A DNA stretch of 63,813 nt, counting the filler, from Dirinaria sp. TL-2023a (Eukaryota): NCBI GenBank assembly GCA_051941275.1. It is 33 parts of 33 records of this genome, joined end to end, with 100 filler letters (N's around TTAATTAATTAA, not from the genome) between each part and the next. Parts side by side here need not be neighbours in the genome. Positions count along the whole stretch, not along the records: positions 62,007 to 63,813 come from JAVEBF010002529.1; 32 more parts are not named here. One strand, given 5' to 3'. Below are positions 63,092-63,813 of this stretch, piece after piece (positions within the stretch are counted from its first letter, which is position 1; each line of letters opens with the position of its first letter). The translations under genes and the position numbers were made by a program. The notes beneath the pieces were generated by a model. That model was given only the letters and a program-made list of their open reading frames with translations. It did not search any database and was not told the DNA's origin.

Positions 63092-63813
63092 ATGCCTACA
63101 GAGTCGACACCATTAGGCTATCCGCTCGACAAACCCGACCAGTCCGTAGATGCTGTGTGTTTACCGAAATACTCACGTCTTTGGTGGCTGACTTGTCATA
63201 AAGTCTGAGCAGGACCGTCTGAGTGATTAGCAGCTCCAGAGCATTCATGGATGTCCACTTATGTGTACAGGTCTACAACATCGGATATTTCATCTTACGC
63301 TCGACGACCGCTTGTATGTAGCACCCATCGATACTCAACTCAGATCAATATTAGACCTGGGCTGCGGTAATGGCAATTGGGCTGTAGACATGGCCAAAGT
63401 GTTTCCTTCATGTCGTATTACTGCACTGGATTTGACAGAATCGAAAGCCGCCACACCCTCCAATGTTAAGTTCCTTCAAGCAGACTCCATGCAACCTTGG
63501 CTATTGGGTTCCTTCGACTTCATCCACGGACGTATGCTCAATGCGGCCATGCAGGATTGGCCATCATTGCTCAAACAATGCTGGGAGCATCTTGAGCCAG
63601 GTGGCTGGCTTGAGGTTCTCGACTTATGTTTCCCAATGGCAGCGGAAGACCCTCAAGCAGACGCCTTGTCGTCACCTTTTCTTCGTTATGCCCAATTTAA
63701 GGAAAAGGCGTGGGAATTGATCGGCCGAGATTTCTATTCTGGGTTCAAACAATCGCAAATAATGCATGATCTTGGATTTCAGAAGGTGAATGAGAAAGCG
63801 TTCACATGGCCGA
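63092..63813 (+). CDS. LaeA-like class I SAM-dependent methyltransferase, 3' truncated
   Basis: EQDRL..LQHRIF..LYVAPI..ILDLGCGNGNWAVDMA..FDFIHGRML..DWPSLLKQCWEHLEPGGWLE. Confidence 0.88.

Overview
This window is not a contiguous locus. It is 33 short contigs (about 1865 down to 1807 bp, in descending size order) joined by 32 artificial 100-nt spacers (44 N + TTAATTAATTAA + 44 N). Adjacency is therefore meaningful only within a contig. The content is from a filamentous ascomycete (Pezizomycotina: short GT-AG introns with CTRAC/CTAAY branch sites, fungal gene families); the species cannot be determined here. Gene fragments: a small dsRBD protein, a ZNFX1/UPF1-type helicase, an RfeF-like vWA protein, a SesA/HeLo-like protein, a very divergent alpha-SNAP (Sec17) head-to-head with GatF, an ankyrin array, YEA4, a Dicer C-terminus, a CXC-like Cys-rich protein, an NB-ARC NLR and a LaeA-like methyltransferase. 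There are many dead transposons (Ty3/Gypsy, Tad1-like LINE, DIRS/Ngaro, several LTR families). Most notable: (1) repeats were inactivated by a RIP-like process that targets CpC/GpG, spares CpG and largely spares LTRs; (2) an open Dicer-2-like frame has lost metal-binding residues in both RNase III domains (candidate pseudo-Dicer); (3) a PP/RHIM-like amyloid-motif NLR lies head-to-head with a decayed SesB hydrolase; (4) a 470-bp TRIM-like element carries a sense-strand tRNA 3' half and twin hairpins. All family assignments come from motif recognition, not from database searches.
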